A stretch of 62,920 bases of DNA, filler included, from Aduncisulcus paluster (taxonomy: Eukaryota), in assembly GCA_024181965.1 (NCBI GenBank). It is 5 parts of 5 records of this genome, joined end to end, with 100 filler letters (N's around TTAATTAATTAA, not from the genome) between each part and the next. Parts side by side here need not be neighbours in the genome. Positions count along the whole stretch, not along the records: positions 10,743 to 21,317 come from BQXS01009952.1; positions 21,418 to 41,055 come from BQXS01009953.1; 3 more parts are not named here. One strand, written 5' to 3'. The notes under the pieces are model-generated. The model saw only the letters and a list, made by a program, of their open reading frames with translations, was not told the DNA's origin and did not search any database. Shown in pieces: positions 10,743-22,598 of the stretch. A program made the position numbers and the translations under genes. The number at the start of each line of letters is the position of its first letter. The first letter of the stretch is position 1.

Positions 10743-13700
10743 ATACCAATCCCCAAGACCACACAGAACAACATTCCTTCGAATATGTGATGGGGGAAAT
10801 CTAAATCCTTCAGTCATGAGCAGGGACAATTCTCTTTGTTTGTTATTATTGTTATTGCTCCTTTTGCTTCCTTGTCTCTCTCTCTCTATATTCTTTGAAT
10901 GATTTGAACAGGAAACTCTATCGTGAATCGATGGAGTTTTGGAATACCCTGAAGAAAGACCACCATTAACAGAAGGTGAAGGAGAGATGTCAGAAACCTT
11001 TGAAAGGCTTGAAGAAGGAGAAGCAAGAGGAGAGAGAGAGGAAGGATACGATGGGAGTGGTGGCGAACAAGAAGAAGAAGAAGAAGAACAAGAAGAAGAA
11101 GAAGAAGAAGAAGAAGAAGAAGAAGAAGAAGAAGACGTGATGTTTGGTATTTCTTTATCTTCCAATTCTTCATTACTTTGATCCTTGCGTTGTTCTTCAG
11201 TAAAGCCAAGTGCAAGAGCAGCTGAAAACGTTGTGATAGCAGGTAGTGGGGATGAGGATATTTTGGAATTAGAGGAATTAGAGGAAGCTGAAGAAGAAGA
11301 AGAAGAAGAAGAAGAAGAAGACGTGATGTTTGGTATTTCTTTATCTTCCAATTCTTCATTACTTTGATCCTTGCGTTGTTCTTCAGTAAAGCCAAGTGCA
11401 AGAGCAGCTGAAAACGTTGTGATAGCAGGTAGTGGGGATGAGGATATTTTGGAATTAGAGGAATTAGAGGAAGCTGAAGAAGAAGAAGAGGAAGGAGAAG
11501 AAGATTGATCGGTTTGTGATTTTGTATTTTTTGAAAGTAACCCCTGATGTGAATCTGCTGGTGAACTCTGAGATTGTGTTTGTGGGGTATGGAGCAAAAC
11601 GACAAAAGGAACAAGGGATTCCTTTTCTCTTTCTCTGATCAGTTTCGCCTTTCTTTCTAGCTCAAGCTGCTTCAAACGTTCATTCCTCTTCCTTCTTGCT
11701 CTCTCAACCCAAACAAGCGGACTCTCAAGGAATAAAACATTCAATAATGGATTATGAAGGTAGAAATCATCACCAAAATCCCAAATATGACGATGAGACG
11801 GTGTTCCAATCTTATAGAATGGTAAATAATATCCCAAGAGCACATTAATTGAATCTTGTCTAGATTGATCCGTCATTGTATTCGTGAAATATCTTTTTAG
11901 AGTGGTGACAAACTTTAGATTAAACTCCAATCGACTTAGTTCACTCAATCCTTTCACTCTTTTGGGGAAACCAACCAGCTGGAAATGTGCCCGGGACCCA
12001 CCATATTGCTGTGACAACGCATCTCCATGCCTGGCCCACATTCCGACAAGAACGGCTGAAATGGGCGTATGAAGTGAGAATTTATGGGTACGAATGTCGA
12101 CTCCTACCTCCTGAAGTTGCAATGAAGCTGCGGACAAGGCACAATATGCAGACATTGCATTGGTTCTATCGAGGCAATCAATGCAATTAATTCGAGGAAT
12201 GTTGTTCTGGACAGATAGACAGTGCAGTTGAGTGTGATGACGATGTTGAGGATGTGCATGTGAATGAGAGAGGAAGGAAAGAACTCCACATTGTCTGACT
12301 ATATATGTTGCAAGTGATTTATACAACGTTGTGGGTAAATATCCAGCAGAAATACACTGCTTATTGAAATCAGCATAGTCAAGATGTGTGTAAGTTATTG
12401 GATGTGGAAGAGTCTGTTGTTTGTTAAGAACACTCCCATTGCGCCAAAAACTATTCCTATGTTTCGAATTCTCACCAATGACACTGATATTATTATTATT
12501 ATTTCGAGGATTTCTATTTTTATGTTGTTTATCACCACTGATGTCATTGGTTGTATTATGTTTGTCGATCTTATTATCACGATGATCATCACTATCAGTG
12601 TCATATATTATTCGAGGGTGTGAATTATAAATATCCGTATCTTCAACCCTTCGATTCATCCTTGCTTGTATTTCTCTGAAAACGACTCTTTCAACCCATG
12701 CGTCTTCTCTTCTTCGTTCCATAATACCTCTGACAACTTGTTGATATTCGTTCTCAAGATTCCCTTCTCTCTTGTTCTTTTTGAGGAGACTTAGAATACT
12801 CACACCGCATCCATACCGCCATTGGAGTTGTCTGAAATGTCTCAATGTACGCCAGTGCCAAGGATCTAGTCGATGGATACAGATCGATGGTGTGGGATCG
12901 AGGGGAGATGTTGGTTCTTGTTCCCATGAGAGTGGAACTGAGCCACGAATAATAGAGAATATGCAAGCCTTGCAGTGTGACATTGATGGTGAGAAACGCT
13001 GAATGATTTGTTCCGTTTCAACCTCGTTGGCAACATTACCATTGTATGAACAACCTCTCTTTTTAAACCTTGTTCCAGCATAAAATGATGATCGACGAGC
13101 AATGATCGTGATCACAATCGATGTTGGATGGGGGTCAAATAAATAGGGGTCAGAAACACCTTTATCACGATGTACCTTTCGTGAAGAAGAAGAAGAAGAA
13201 GAAGAAGAAGAAGAAGAAGAAGAAGAAGAAGAAGATGCTGATGATGAATTTTCTTCACCATCTGAACTTTTCGAATAACTACTGACAGTCACACCTTTCT
13301 GTTCAAAATAGCCGTACAATAGCTGAACACAGAAAGAAATCAGGGGAGACATGGCAAGGGGACCAAGGAAATGACGATTCCAAACAAATCTATTTTTAGA
13401 TTCAACTGATGAGAAATAAGTTGACACCGAATATGGAGATTTTGGTGAAGTCGATGATGATGATGAGGAAGAAAGAGGTGAAGAAAACTTGACGGATTTC
13501 CCCCTTACCTTTCTTATTCCGGCATTCTTAATTAGCGTTTCATGCTCTTCAGAGTCACAACTATTGTTTAACCGTTGTTGATTTTGTTGATAGATGGGAG
13601 TTGTCTTATCCTCCGTTAAATGACCTTTAAACAGAGATTGGTAACCATGAGAAAAGGAATTCGATCCCACACCGAAATAAAACATGCTTCCATTGAATAA

Positions 13701-14201
13701 GAAAGGACATCGCAGGAGTTCAAGATAGATTTTTTCATCTTTCAATATCTTGCGTCGAAGACTAACAGACATATCGGAATTAAGTGTAGAATCAAACAGA
13801 GGATACAGTGTTGGGGGTTCGTGTGATGAAAAAACCTGAACACCAGGAAGTGATCCAATTTTACGGATTTTTTCATAGAAAACAAGGTAATATCCTAAGG
13901 TCAGACGAACAACTCCCAGTAGGGTCTTAAAACGTAATTTTCGAGACGAAGATTGTCGCTTTTCTTCAAATATTCGATGGTCAGAACACATTTTATGAAT
14001 TGAAAGGTTAGATTCTTCCCGGAGGTAGTTGGATGACTTAAATATCTTTCCATCAGGTTTTATAAGACGAAAGGAATCTGATAATACGAAAATGTCTATA
14101 TTATCATCCCTAAAGCATTCCAATACGTGTTCACAGGGTGAGATAGTTGTAAGGGCGAAATAATCCGGGACATTGGTCGCTGCCTCGTGTTTTACGTTCA
14201 T
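10743..14201 (-). CDS. FIG4: Sac-domain phosphoinositide phosphatase, FIG4/SAC3-like (3'-partial)
   Basis: Motifs RFVWN, IARRSSFYAGTRFKKRG, VANEVETEQI, RGSVPLSWEQ, catalytic RINCIDCLDRTN (CX5RT) and HGDALSQQYGGSRAH. It has long poly-Ser inserts and is cut by the linker. Confidence 0.88.
11104..11487 (-). repeat. 186-bp (62-aa) in-frame tandem duplication bounded by (GAA)n tracts within FIG4
   Basis: gacgtgatgtttggtatttct... occurs at 11134 and 11320. The protein block SASSNSSNSKISSSPLPAITT...EIPNITSSS appears twice. Confidence 0.85.
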
Positions 14202-14651
14202 ATCATATTTTTAATCAAAAATACTATTATGATAATTGATGATATATTGTAGATTGCCGACAAGAGAATCCTTTTCATCTCGAAAACTTTTCAATTGCTA
14301 CATCATCGCACTGGAAAAATTTTTGTAGAGCTGGTTAAATTTTTAAAATATATTCACATGTATTTTAGAACTATAAACTTCATAGACGGAGCTAGCTCCG
14401 CTTCATCATTTTCCTTAGCTCTCATCATCGGATAAACAATTATATATACATACCTTTTATTATATGCAAGATAAATTATCTTTTATTATTAAAATAGATA
14501 ACCCGCAGAGTCAATCACGCTCCACCAAAATTCTATTTCTCGGTTCGAAATAGGAATTAAAATGAACTTAAAGCAATAATATTTCTTACAGTAACATCAT
14601 TTATGAGTGATGAAGTTTATATACATTCCTAATCCTCGCAACATTCCCAAT

Positions 14652-14913
14652 ATTATGACATAATAATTATGTGACATAATTTATGTCATAATCATGCTCA
14701 ACTTCAGACAATTGCGAGTAGCCGGGCCGGATGAGCCGGGAACCGGGTCCCGCTGGATGTTATGGTTTCCCGGCTACTCGTTACGCAAATTCAGTTTCCC
14801 AAGAAAAAAGGAATTTACATCCAGCCGGGAAACTTTTACAGCTTTTATGTCGCCTACACCTATGTGTCCAACTATCTTCCAAACTCCGCTAGGAGATAAG
14901 TAAAGCTTCAATT
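14652..14913. repeat. Structured composite repeat in the FIG4/kinase divergent intergenic region
   Basis: Near-perfect 41-nt palindrome at 14652-14692; 12-bp inverted repeat cgagtagccggg/cccggctactcg (14715-14726 and 14769-14780); segments shared with 1129-1173 (inverted) and 3886-3951 (direct). Confidence 0.65.
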
Positions 14914-15544
14914 CACCCACTTCAACTTAGCTAGAGTCAAGTTAAAACATTTTCTGCGGTTACAGGATGTTAACAACATATGTGCGGATCAGAAAGGAAT
15001 AAACTGATAAAAAAGATATGGAATAGATGCAGTAACAAGAGAATTATTTGTTGTTTGTTAATATCGATAATTGCGGACATCTGTCGAGAATCAATGATAT
15101 TCACAGACAACCATCGGGATTTATCATAACACAATAAAACTTTATAATCCAATATGTGAACAAAACTCGGGACTTAGGAAACGATTTTGAGTCAGGAGTG
15201 GAATAGCAAGACTAGCTTCCAATATATGTTAGAAATAAAACATTTGTATTTTTAATCGATATATTCTGCAATGACATCTTGCAATGTTATTATACAGAGT
15301 TTTGAATTCTAAAACTTCATTTCTTCCCGTTGTAAAAGAAATATCGAAAATATTGTATGTCATAAATTTTCGTTTGTTAGATATTAAATTCTTTTCAATC
15401 CATAATCACCCCATTTTATTCACTGGTTCTCTCGCTGGCTGTTTTTGTCGTCATTTCCTCCTTGAAACTCACTTCATTGTCACTAATTGTGGCGGAATTT
15501 TTTTATAAAACGAACTTTTATTTTAATTATAGATAGAATAATCA

Positions 15545-18113
15545 ATGGGGAATGTCTGTTCCTCTTTAAGCTTAATAGATGACGTAGTTCAATATGGAAC
15601 TACTATTCGGCTCTCAGGATGTCCTGTTTCTTGGACAGATACCAATATTACTCGAATCATGCATGATGCTTTCAAGGAAGATGTTTTGCCATCTCTGGCT
15701 GAAGATATTTCTACTCCCAAATATCTTCCAGATGTAACCTCAATAGGGAAAGGTGTTCGAATTCACACTTAATGAAGATGATGATGGTAATCCTGTTGAA
15801 TTCGCTAATTCCTTTGCTGGATATATACCTCGAGAGTTTCGTTGTCACACTGACCCTGACCCTATTGACTCTTCTAAACCTGTGAAGATTGTTGTTCATT
15901 TACAAGATTTAAAAACAAGGGAGTGGATAGAATGGAAAGAACAAAAACATGATCCAAGGGTTCAACATTGTTTTAGATTGGGTTTTAGTCATACAAAGCA
16001 TCCTGGAAGGGAGACAAGAAAAGATCCAGAATTTGTTCACAAAGGAGATTATTCTTTCCGTCCAATTCCTCGAGAGTCGCCCAAAGTCGCCAATCCAGCC
16101 TTCGAAACAATCGAAGCAAGAGATGAAACAGTTAACAAAGATTATGTTGGGTATGATCAAACCTCCAATGCAAGAAGAATGCTGGAAGGGCAAAGTAATT
16201 CTGGAACATTTACGAATATTTCAATTCCTTTCGCTGAAATCACTCCAATAACAGGTGCCTATCTGTGCATTGGAAGCAAATCATTTCATTCATCTCCATC
16301 CCACCTGATCTTTACTTTCTCTTCTTCAACTGGATTAAAAACGTGCAAGAGGTATGAATTGCCAAATATAAAAACTGATTGTTGGTTCTTTCTCCCTGTT
16401 GATCTTTCTGATATTGTATTATGTGAGATCAATGGAAGAGGGAGAGATAGGGATTATATGAGTATTAATTCTCTGATATTCATGCGAGAAGATCCTGTCC
16501 ATACTAGGCCAGTATTTATTCACAAAGGAGATCATATTCAAGGATCAGAATCCGAAAAAAACTTAGGTGATTCTTCATTCTCTAAAACAAGTGTAAAACA
16601 GAGGCCGGTTCCACGAACTATTGACAAATCAAGGGATCATAAAAGGCATGGCAAAGAAAATAGTCACATCTCAGAAGATTCTTCAGAAACCTCATATGAT
16701 AGTAGTTCAGACTATTCTGAGACATCTTCAAGCTCTATTGAATCAAGTTCTCAAGATAAAAAATCGAAAAAGAAAATGATTCGCAAGCGTTTTATCCGAG
16801 AATCACACTTTATTGCTTACGCTTATGTTGGAGATAAGAAGAAGAATAGACCTCTCTCAACGATCCCTGATGTAATATTTTCTCCCCGTGATTCGTTCAC
16901 TCTTACTTCTTCTTCAAATATATCTCCACGGTGTATAATTGGTCGTGGTGGCTTTGGTGAAGTTCAACTTGTGAAAGTTCAGGGAATTTCTTGTCCTTGT
17001 GTTCTGAAGAAAATGCTTAAAGTTGCTGATTCGAATGTTGTTCGTGGATGCCGAAATGAGTTCAAGATGCAACGAAGGTTATTTAACCACCCAAAATGTT
17101 ATCATCGTATCCCACGTCCTCTTTATATTCTTGATCTTCTCGATGCAGATATGAAAGGTATATATGGATATATCATGGAATATTGTGCTGGAGGTAGTGT
17201 TAGGGATTTTGCAAGGAGTTGGTGTGCTGATGGTGAGTTTTTAAAATCAAAGGATGTTAGAGATGAGAGTGAAAAGAAGGAGAGTGAACATGACACAACT
17301 CATATTGATCCCATGACATTAAACCCTGTGAAAGTATGTTCTCTCTGTGTTGGGATGATTGAATGTCTTGATGATGTGTTTAGAGCAAAGAGATTTCTTA
17401 TTCATCGAGATGTCAAACCAAACAACTTCCTTGTTCGTGTTGATCCCAAAGATGGAGATTGCACTGTTGTCCTTGGTGATCTTGGATTTGCTAAGATCCA
17501 CGATTCAATCTCCTCCTCTATTGTCTGCAAGAGTTTCTCATCCTCATCTTTCCTCACAGATCTTACTCTCTCTACTTCCTCCTCCCCTGTCAGTGCTTCT
17601 TCCTCAACAAGCTCATCATCTCAATCTAGTTATCAATCATATGCTGGAACAATTGTATATTCCTCATTCGAAGGGCTTAAATATGGTGAACAAACACAAC
17701 TCGGTGATGCCCATTCTCTTGGAATGTCTATTCTTGCCCTGTTCTTGTGCAAACATCCTTTTATTGATCATCCAGCATTGTATAAATGCACTCGAGAAAG
17801 CATGGAGTATGTTGGCATTGTGATTGATTTGCTTAAAGATGATGTTTTGAGCACAATGTTATCTCGTTCACCTCTCTTCAAATCTCTCATGACTATTGAA
17901 GGTGGGAAGTATGAACCTGTGCATGAATGTTTGAATGAAGTGTTCCAAGGTCTCACCAAACTCGATGTTAAGGAACGCATGAATGTTCATGAAGCCTGTG
18001 AGAAGGTACAATCCATCAAACATCTGCTTCCAAAGATAGGTGAGGGTTGGAAATATCCAGATGTTGATAACATGATAAAAAAGTTTCGTTCAAAATATGG
18101 AATTCCTGAGTAA
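15545..18113 (+). CDS. Protein kinase with N-terminal MGNxCS acylation motif and one copy of the unnamed beta-rich domain; +1 frame break or short intron near 15750
   Basis: ORF 15545-15772 (MGNVCSS...) overlaps ORF 15753-18113. Kinase motifs: GRGGFGEV, VLKK, HRDVKPNN, DLG (for DFG), AGTIVYSSFE, DAHSLG. The domain copy lies at about 16026-16490. Confidence 0.75.
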
Positions 18114-18802
18114 CTCTCGGAGTAGCATGTGTTATAAATTGAGAAAGATGATAGTATGTCACAGTTCAACGATAGTTCGGTGGTCTATCGTATTTATTGG
18201 ATGACACGATGGTGAAAATTCCAAATAAAATTAATAATTCCCTAGATTCTGGATAGCCATTGGCCAAGGCCAGTGTGAGGGTGCAAATGTTAACTCAGGC
18301 GGAATAGCATCTTTGTTGAGGCCTGCCAAGACCAGTTGTCTCCATGACTTCTTTGCTGACTCTTTCTGCCTCTCTTCTCCACACAGATAGAAGAGGAGTT
18401 GAGATTGGCTGTCTTGACTGAGGTATATTGTGGAGTCTATCCAAACCAGCAACACCATCGATGTTGCTGATGCTACGGATAATCTCAGAGCATATTCATC
18501 CCTCCTCTTCTTCTCTCTTTCTCTCAGACGTTACAGCCTCTTCCTCAAGAAGAATACGACGAGATGTGACAGAACGAGTGAGGGTAAGACGAGGCAGAAG
18601 ACAATAACAAGTAAGGGTTGATAGTTCTCCAAACTCTTGGTTTCCGTTTTCTTCCTGTGTCTGACACAGGCTGTGTCAAACCTGGCTCAGTATTTGCTTC
18701 AACATCACTTTACTCAACTCTACAGCTTAGACACATCGCTTCCTTGTCACTTCTTGTTGCTTTGTCAAAGCCTTTGAGACACTACTAACGAAACGGTGTT
18801 TC

Positions 18803-21317
18803 TTAACTTTGTTCTGATATGAATACCATCCGAATTGCGATTGCCTTCCCTTTCTGATCTCTTGCAATGAAGACAGGGTACTGACCAGAACCCCACCCAC
18901 ATTTGCACTTCCATCCACCAGGTACTGAGCCTGTAATATCACCTGAATGGTCATCCAATGTTCCAAGAACGCTTTCAAACGTCACAACCTGACCTTTTGG
19001 AAGCAAGGAACCAAGGTTATCCTTGGATGGAGAGAGACCATGAATAGCAACAGTTTGAGATTGATTTCTAAAAATGGAATAAACAAAAAACCCTGCCCAA
19101 TCTTCAGTACACTCTATTGTTTGTGACAATTGTTTCCATTCAACTCCTTCACTTCCCCCGGCTAATGGATAAGGAAGCTCGTGCGGACACGTTGTCTCAT
19201 ATGGGCATGTTATAATCGGATGTTGTCCTCCTTCTCTTCCTTCTATCGTGGAATCCGGAATGGAAATTGGAATTAATTCGGGGGAAAAATAAAAACTTTC
19301 ATCCTGATAAAAATCTGCATGGATCATCTGACAGGCTCCTACTCTATCATCACGAATGACATGAGAACAAATCCAATCACCCGGACGAAGATTCTTGATC
19401 ATTCTATTATATCCACGATCAGGACAGCCTAAAATGATGGTATTCTTGTCAGATGTATCAATTTTTGAATCATATCTTTCCTGTTTCTTCTTCTTCTTCT
19501 TCTTCTTCTTCTTCAACGGTTGATACTTTAACATCAGACCGGCTAGAACCGATAGATATGATATCTGGCCGAAGATCATCTCGCCAATGGAATGAAATAT
19601 CCATCGATTCATTAAGCTTATCTCCCCTTGCATACTTTTCAATAGCTTCAGAAGTAATGCAGGGTATTCCAGCCCATTTGCCACCCAGACATGACGTTCC
19701 ATACATCCTATCTGAAACTTCCCCACATGTCACAGTCCCGTCCCTTCGTCCGTTCTGGTAACCAAGCATAAACCATGCACGCATTGCACCTCCAACAGGA
19801 ATTTCACTTACAATTGGGGCTCCGATAAAATCTCCAAGCTCTGAGAGAGATATTTCAATAAAATCGGGTGACCTAAGATCAAAAGGAACATGCCCAAGTG
19901 TGCCAGAACCCATAATTGCGCTCTTAGAATCGATTATAAGGCGTTGACTATGGTGTTTATCGGACAGAGAAAGAGGTTGTATAATTGTATCTGGTGAGAT
20001 CTCTTCCACTTCTTCTTCTTCTTCTTCTTTAAAAATATCTGGATTAGTACCTATTGTTTTGGTTTGTTGTTGAATCTTCGAATCGATTTCTATCTCTTGT
20101 CTTGTTCTAAATTTAGGTTCCTTATCGGATTCGTTCTTCACGATTCCAATCGATATTTGATAATACTCAGGCGAATATGCAAGCTTATATGGAGAATTCA
20201 TCCCAGGTATTCTATAATTCATCGATTTAATCTTCTCCATATCACTTTCAGAGAACTGGGTAAATGCCCATGGAACAGGTGGAATCCATTCTTTCATTGA
20301 GGTTAGAGCTTCTACAAGAGCCATGTTAATGCAAGATCCAAGTGGAATGGAGAAATTAGTTAACAGGGAATATATATTGGGACATTTAAGAGCATATGAT
20401 TTCGATTGAGCTCGATCAGAAAGGACAAAACATAACGTTGGTTGTTGATATTCCTTAAATTCTTTTTTTGCCGATTTTCCAATTGTTTTTGGATCTTTCT
20501 CAACAATGTCATTGAGAATAAAGTTTGTAATATGATTATTCTTCAAAAATACCAGAGGAGATACGGAAATGTCAGCTAAATCAATACTTGAAAATGCTCC
20601 TGATGAGTCAATAAATGTATTAGAAATATCGATGATATGCGGAATTGGAAGCTTCATGCAATCAGAAAGGTATTTGGACACATCAAAATCTTCAGAAATA
20701 ACATCAAAATATTCAGAATAAATAGAAACGCTTGATTCACAATCATCATCTCGAGATAATTCATCTCCTTTCTCCTCTTTCCTTTCTCTTGTTTTCCCCT
20801 GTACTTCAAGCAAAAATACATCGAATGAACGTTTGACACATTCAAGATACTTATCACTTGGATCTGATATAATTCCTTCAATAATAATGCAATCCGGAAG
20901 ACTACACGGTTTAACAACTGGTTTCTCAAAGAAATTCCACGATGAGCATTGGATGGACAATTTGGATAGAGAAGAACCAACAGATTGTGGGGATGAACTT
21001 GGGGGGAACAGCGAGAGAAGAGTATCATGAGAAGGAAGAGGGAATGAATATACAGATGATCCAGAACAACAATACACGATATACGCCATTTTAAATCCTT
21101 TATATACCCCTCTTGGACTTGAATATTCAGATTGCTCACGAACTATCTTTTCATGTTCATCGGAGTGTTTTGTCTTTGGAAGTAATGGAGATGAACAAGG
21201 GACAACGACGACAGAGACACCAAAACGATTCAAATTCACATGAATCATTGATTGTTTGCTGCGTTGAGGAGGGTTTGAATCATCTTTTCCAATCATCCCC
21301 TTTTCTTTTTCTTTTTC
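18803..21317 (-). CDS. Hypothetical protein (~800+ aa, possibly 5'-partial) with a DUF4241-like C-terminus; two ORFs joined by a +1 break or 46-nt intron (19481-19526)
   Basis: ORF 19470-21296 ends just after a (GAA)n tract and coding-like sequence continues in ORF 18803-19726. The C-terminus CGWGSGQYPVFIARDQKGKAIAIRMVF resembles the SGWGDG.YP....D..G motif of DUF4241. Removing GTATCA...CAG restores the frame. The frame is open to the contig edge. Confidence 0.55.
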
Positions 21318-21417
21318 NNNNNNNNNNNNNNNNNNNNNNNNNNNNNNNNNNNNNNNNNNNNTTAATTAATTAANNNNNNNNNNNNNNNNNNNNNNNNNNN
21401 NNNNNNNNNNNNNNNNN
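21318..21417. other. Artificial contig-joining linker
   Basis: N44-TTAATTAATTAA-N44. Confidence 0.97.
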
Positions 21418-21939
21418 CCTTCCAAGAGTGGTGCTTACTTGGTGTTCCCTTATTACGCTCGTGGAGACATGACGACATGGCTGCGCACTTCGTCGCCAAG
21501 TGTGTGCCATGTGCGTCAAGTGTTGAAATGTGTTCTTCACGCGCTGTCGTTCTTGCATGAGCATGGGATTGTGCACTGTGACCTGAAGCCTCAGAATGTG
21601 CTGATCGATGATGCGTGCAATGGTCTTCTGTGCGACTTCGAGGGAGCTGTTGATTGTGGAGAGCGTACGATCGGATTGTTCAGTAAGACTCTGCGCCTTG
21701 GGACACCCACCTTCATTGCGCCTGAACTTGAGCTTGCCCTGAAAGAACACCGTCATCCACACCCTTCTCCCGCGAGTGACATGTTCTCGTTCGGTGTGCT
21801 TGTTCAGGATGTGTTCGGTGCACTTGACGGTGTGTGCATGCCTGCAGAAGTGCATTCCATCTGTGCCGCATGTGTGAGTGAGCATCCACGTGATAGACCC
21901 ACAGCAAGGCAAGTGCTCACCCATAAGTGGTTCTTGTGA
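21418..21939 (+). CDS. Ser/Thr protein kinase C-lobe, 5'-partial, GC-richer than its surroundings
   Basis: Motifs HCDLKPQNVL, DFE (for DFG), GTPTFIAPE, SDMFSFG and DRPTARQVLTHKWF. Frame is open from the contig start. Confidence 0.85.
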   Translation, partial: PSKSGAYLVFPYYARGDMTTWLRTSSPSVCHVRQVLKCVLHALSFLHEHGIVHCDLKPQNVLIDDACNGLLCDFEGAVDCGERTIGLFSKTLRLGTPTFIAPELELALKEHRHPHPSPASDMFSFGVLVQDVFGALDGVCMPAEVHSICAACVSEHPRDRPTARQVLTHKWFL

Positions 21940-22598
21940 TGTGAATGCATGTCTGATTATTCCCCTCTTCAAACTCATGAACCTCGCAACAGAGACACTT
22001 GACAATGGCTTTTATTTGATGATAGAATTTATCAGATCTGATTCAGATAAATTTATCATTGATAATTGCATGATAATATGATTAATAATGTTAAAGAAAA
22101 AGGAAGAAAGAAAGAAAAAGAAAGAGTAATGCCCAAAGAGCAGTGGGGTGGGAAAGTGTGTCAAGCAGGAGGAAAACAGGAAGAGGAATTGATGTTTTGA
22201 CGGGTAAATCATTTAATTTAAAATATATCACGACTATTTTTATGATACGAGATGATAAGTTCGGAAAGGAGTATTTGTCGAATCGCCATCCAAAATTTGA
22301 TTCTCGAAACAGATATTGTTAGACCCCAAGACATTTTTATTTGAAGGTTATGATCAAAAAGAGTCAAGAAAGGGAATGTAAGATACCATGGATGAAGAGT
22401 TGTTTTGATTTCCAGGAGCACACAAAAGCCTTTTGCTCCTGTGGAGGCCCGAAAACAAATTTCATTTTCAAAAATTGAGTCCCTGACTTTCAGGCATTCA
22501 ATGACACTCAAATTCCTTTCAAATCTAATGTTTTTGCAATGGAGGTCGAAATCACACAATTTCTTTTGCAGGAGTTTGATCTATTTATAATTGATATA

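Noticed and set aside
10886-11614. 242-aa poly-Leu ORF resembling a membrane protein
   Set aside because: An alternative-frame reading of the (TCT)n poly-Ser tracts of FIG4.
21370-22005. 211-aa minus-strand ORF
   Set aside because: An antisense shadow of the GC-rich kinase fragment.
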